Origin: an uncultured Hyphomicrobiales bacterium
GTDB lineage: Bacteria > Pseudomonadota > Alphaproteobacteria > Rhizobiales > Xanthobacteraceae
Reading direction: 5' to 3'
Assembly (NCBI GenBank): GCA_964575715.1
Contig: CAZNSG010000329.1
Coordinates: 13,054-77,053, forward strand
Length of the DNA: 64,000 nucleotides
The position numbers and the translations under genes were made by a program. The notes under the pieces were generated by a model. That model was not told the origin of the DNA and ran no database searches. It saw nothing but the letters and a program-made list of their open reading frames with translations. Positions 59,991 to 64,000 of this stretch are shown here, one piece after another (the first letter of the stretch is position 1; each line of letters begins with the position of its first letter).

Positions 59991-60413
59991 ATGATTAAGT
60001 GGCTCACGGCATTTCATCTCATTGCCGCCATCGCTTGGATGGCGGGCATGCTCTATCTGCCGCGATTGTTCGTCTATCATTGTGAGGCGGATCCCGGCTC
60101 GCGACAGTCGGAAACCTTCAAGCTGATGGAACGGCGGCTGCTGCGGTTGATCATCAATCCGGCAATGATTGCGACATGGCTGCTCGGATTATGGCTGGCA
60201 TGGCAAGGCGGGATGTACCGCGCGGGCTGGTTCGAAGTGAAGTTCGTGCTGTTAGTTGCGCTTGTGGGGGTGCACGGCGTTTTTGTGCGCTGCGTTAAGG
60301 ATTTCGCCGCCGACCGGAATCGTCACTCTCAAAAATACTATCGAGTTCTCAATGAGATACCTACAGTTCTGATGATCGCCATTGTCATCCTGGCGGTGGT
60401 CAAGCCGTTCTGA
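59991..60413 (+). CDS. hemJ: Protoporphyrinogen IX oxidase HemJ (UPF0093 family)
   Basis: 140 aa. KWLTAFHLIAAIAWMAGMLYLPRLFVYH. 4 TM helices. Confidence 0.8.
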   Translation: MIKWLTAFHLIAAIAWMAGMLYLPRLFVYHCEADPGSRQSETFKLMERRLLRLIINPAMIATWLLGLWLAWQGGMYRAGWFEVKFVLLVALVGVHGVFVRCVKDFAADRNRHSQKYYRVLNEIPTVLMIAIVILAVVKPF

Positions 60414-60559
60414 CGTAAACGATCTGATTACGAAATTAGCGGCTCGCCTCTTGCGAAAGACCGCGCCGTTCCGTATCTTGAACGCATCCCACTGAACGTA
60501 GGCGGATGCATTCGAGTCTCGGTCCCGGCATAACCGGACCGACCGACGCATCGGGTCAA

Positions 60560-60662
60560 GGCCCATAATCAGCCCAACCCAAGATCTGCGATTTCCCTTC
60601 CCCTCCGTCCGCGTCCGATTTTTTATTAGACGCCGCCGGTCTTCCCCTCAAGGATACCCCGC
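60560..60662 (+). promoter_or_regulatory. C-rich, G-poor rho leader (candidate rut-like autoregulatory region)
   Basis: Read directly: cccaacccaagatctgcgatttcccttcccctccgtccgcgtcc...cttcccctcaaggatacccc, immediately upstream of the rho ATG. Confidence 0.4.
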
Positions 60663-61928
60663 ATGCGGGAAATGAAGCTGCAAGACCTCAAGTCAAAAAC
60701 CCCCCCAGAACTGTTGGCCTTTGCCGAGGAACAGAAAATCGAGAACGCCAGCACCCTGCGCAAGCAGGAGCTGATGTTCGCGATTCTCAAACAGCTCGCG
60801 CAAAAGGAAATCGATATCATCGGTGAAGGTGTGGTCGAAGTTTTGTCCGACGGTTTTGGTTTTCTGCGCTCGCCGGAAGCCAATTACCTGCCCGGCCCCG
60901 ACGACATCTACGTCTCGCCTTCGCAAATCCGGCGCTTTGCGCTGCGCACCGGCGATACGATTGACGGCCATATCCGCAGTCCGAAGGAGGGGGAGCGTTA
61001 CTTCGCGCTGCTCAAGGTCAATACGATCAACTTCGAGGACCCCGAAAAGGCGCGCCATAAGATTAACTTCGACAACCTCACTCCGCTCTATCCCGACGCG
61101 CGCCTGAAGATGGAATTCGAGGATCCGACCAAGAAAGATCTCTCGGCTCGCGTCATCGACATCGTCGCGCCGATCGGCAAGGGACAGCGCGCGCTGATCG
61201 TTTCGCCGCCGCGCACCGGCAAAACCGTGCTGTTGCAGAACATCGCCCACTCGATCACGCACAATCATCCCGAGTGCTACCTGATCGTGCTGCTGATCGA
61301 CGAGCGGCCGGAAGAAGTCACCGACATGCAGCGTTCGGTGAAGGGCGAGGTGGTGTCCTCGACCTTCGACGAACCGGCCACGCGCCATGTGGCAGTCGCC
61401 GAAATGGTCATCGAGAAAGCCAAGCGGCTGGTCGAGCACGGCCGCGACGTGGTGATCCTGCTGGATTCGATCACGCGGCTTGGACGCGCGTACAACACCG
61501 TGGTGCCGTCATCCGGCAAGGTGCTCACCGGCGGCGTCGACGCCAACGCGCTGCAGCGGCCGAAACGTTTCTTCGGGGCCGCGCGCAACATCGAGGAAGG
61601 CGGTTCGCTCACCATCATCGCCACCGCGCTCATCGACACCGGCAGCCGCATGGACGAAGTGATCTTCGAGGAATTCAAGGGCACCGGCAACTCGGAGCTC
61701 ATCCTCGATCGCAAGGTGGCCGACAAGCGCACATTCCCGGCGATGGATATCACGCGGTCGGGTACGCGCAAGGAGGAGCTGCTGGTGGCGCCCGATCAGC
61801 TGAAGAAAATGTACGTGCTGCGCCGAATCCTCAATCCGATGGGTACGATGGACGCCATCGACTTCCTGCTCGACAAGCTGCGCAACACCAAGAGCAACGG
61901 CGAATTCTTCGAGTCGATGAATACGTGA
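60663..61928 (+). CDS. rho: Transcription termination factor Rho
   Basis: 421 aa. GFGFLR, P-loop [39 protein letters not shown]. Confidence 0.98.
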   Translation: MREMKLQDLKSKTPPELLAFAEEQKIENASTLRKQELMFAILKQLAQKEIDIIGEGVVEVLSDGFGFLRSPEANYLPGPDDIYVSPSQIRRFALRTGDTIDGHIRSPKEGERYFALLKVNTINFEDPEKARHKINFDNLTPLYPDARLKMEFEDPTKKDLSARVIDIVAPIGKGQRALIVSPPRTGKTVLLQNIAHSITHNHPECYLIVLLIDERPEEVTDMQRSVKGEVVSSTFDEPATRHVAVAEMVIEKAKRLVEHGRDVVILLDSITRLGRAYNTVVPSSGKVLTGGVDANALQRPKRFFGAARNIEEGGSLTIIATALIDTGSRMDEVIFEEFKGTGNSELILDRKVADKRTFPAMDITRSGTRKEELLVAPDQLKKMYVLRRILNPMGTMDAIDFLLDKLRNTKSNGEFFESMNT

Positions 61929-61973
61929 TGCCTGCCTTCGTTGCCGCTTAGGTTTATCGCTGAGGCGCACTTT

Positions 61974-62137
61974 CCGCCCTCATGCTGAGGAGGCCGCGAA
62001 GCGGCCGTCTCGAAGCATGGGGCGGCCCCATCCTTCGAGACGCGCACACGCAAGTCGGCTATAGCCGACTTGCGCACTTAAGTATGCCGATGTCGGGTAA
62101 ACCCGACATCGGTGGGCGCTCCTCAGGATGAGGGCGG
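61974..62137. repeat. 164-bp family 1 element (termini ccgccctcatgctgagg / cctcaggatgagggcgg)
   Basis: Shares the gcaagtcggctatagccgacttgcg and ccttcgagac modules with 36909-37167 and 21672-21753. Confidence 0.8.
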
Positions 62138-62171
62138 TCGAGTCGTGTTGCATCGCGGCTGAAGCGTGGAT

Positions 62172-64000
<1,829 letters not shown>

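Overview
This is a chromosomal segment from a high-GC alphaproteobacterium. Gene content, gene order and the intergenic repeat families look Bradyrhizobiaceae/Nitrobacteraceae-like.

Most of the window is conserved housekeeping sequence:
- gpmA, dapB, pyrF
- pmtA, dnaJ, dnaK, grpE, hrcA
- rph, rdgB, hemW
- rsmI, yraN, gshB
- coaA, hisE, hisF, hisA, hisH, hisB
- hslV, hslU
- smr, mltA, a Tim44-like gene, fxsA, secB
- dnaQ, coaE, maf, a DUF299 gene
- hemE, hemJ, rho

Four regions stand out.

1. The first ~8.5 kb is visibly more A/T-rich. It carries a bufferin-like MNIO RiPP operon: a DUF2282 precursor, a DUF692 enzyme and a DUF2063 partner. A type II NADH dehydrogenase is translationally coupled to it, and a LysR regulator follows. 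The operon is flanked by two paralogous WCPYC peroxiredoxin-like genes, an exported DUF302 protein and an exported cupin. Five copies of the dyad (G/C)ATAG(C/A)-N5-GCTATC sit upstream of the five transcription units. This looks like one LTTR-controlled redox/metal-stress regulon.

2. A DUF2064 / radical-SAM-SPASM / GT2 cassette of unknown product lies at 12.8-15.5 kb.

3. The A/T-rich spacer between the DUF299 gene and hemE (57.41-57.76 kb) is at the conserved alphaproteobacterial oriC position. It contains a perfect TGATCCACA DnaA box, four 7/9 boxes and three GANTC sites.

4. Two families of MITE/REP-like palindromic repeats have remodelled several loci. They form a stack of hairpins at the lpoA-like/rsmI spacer. 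They duplicated the hisH-hisA junction. One remnant donates the ATG of an apparently 5'-truncated UbiD-family ORF, next to a low-GC HTH gene.

I saw no tRNA or rRNA genes, CRISPR arrays or transposase genes. Start codons are my best reading of the sequence. All family assignments rest on motif recognition by eye, not on searches.
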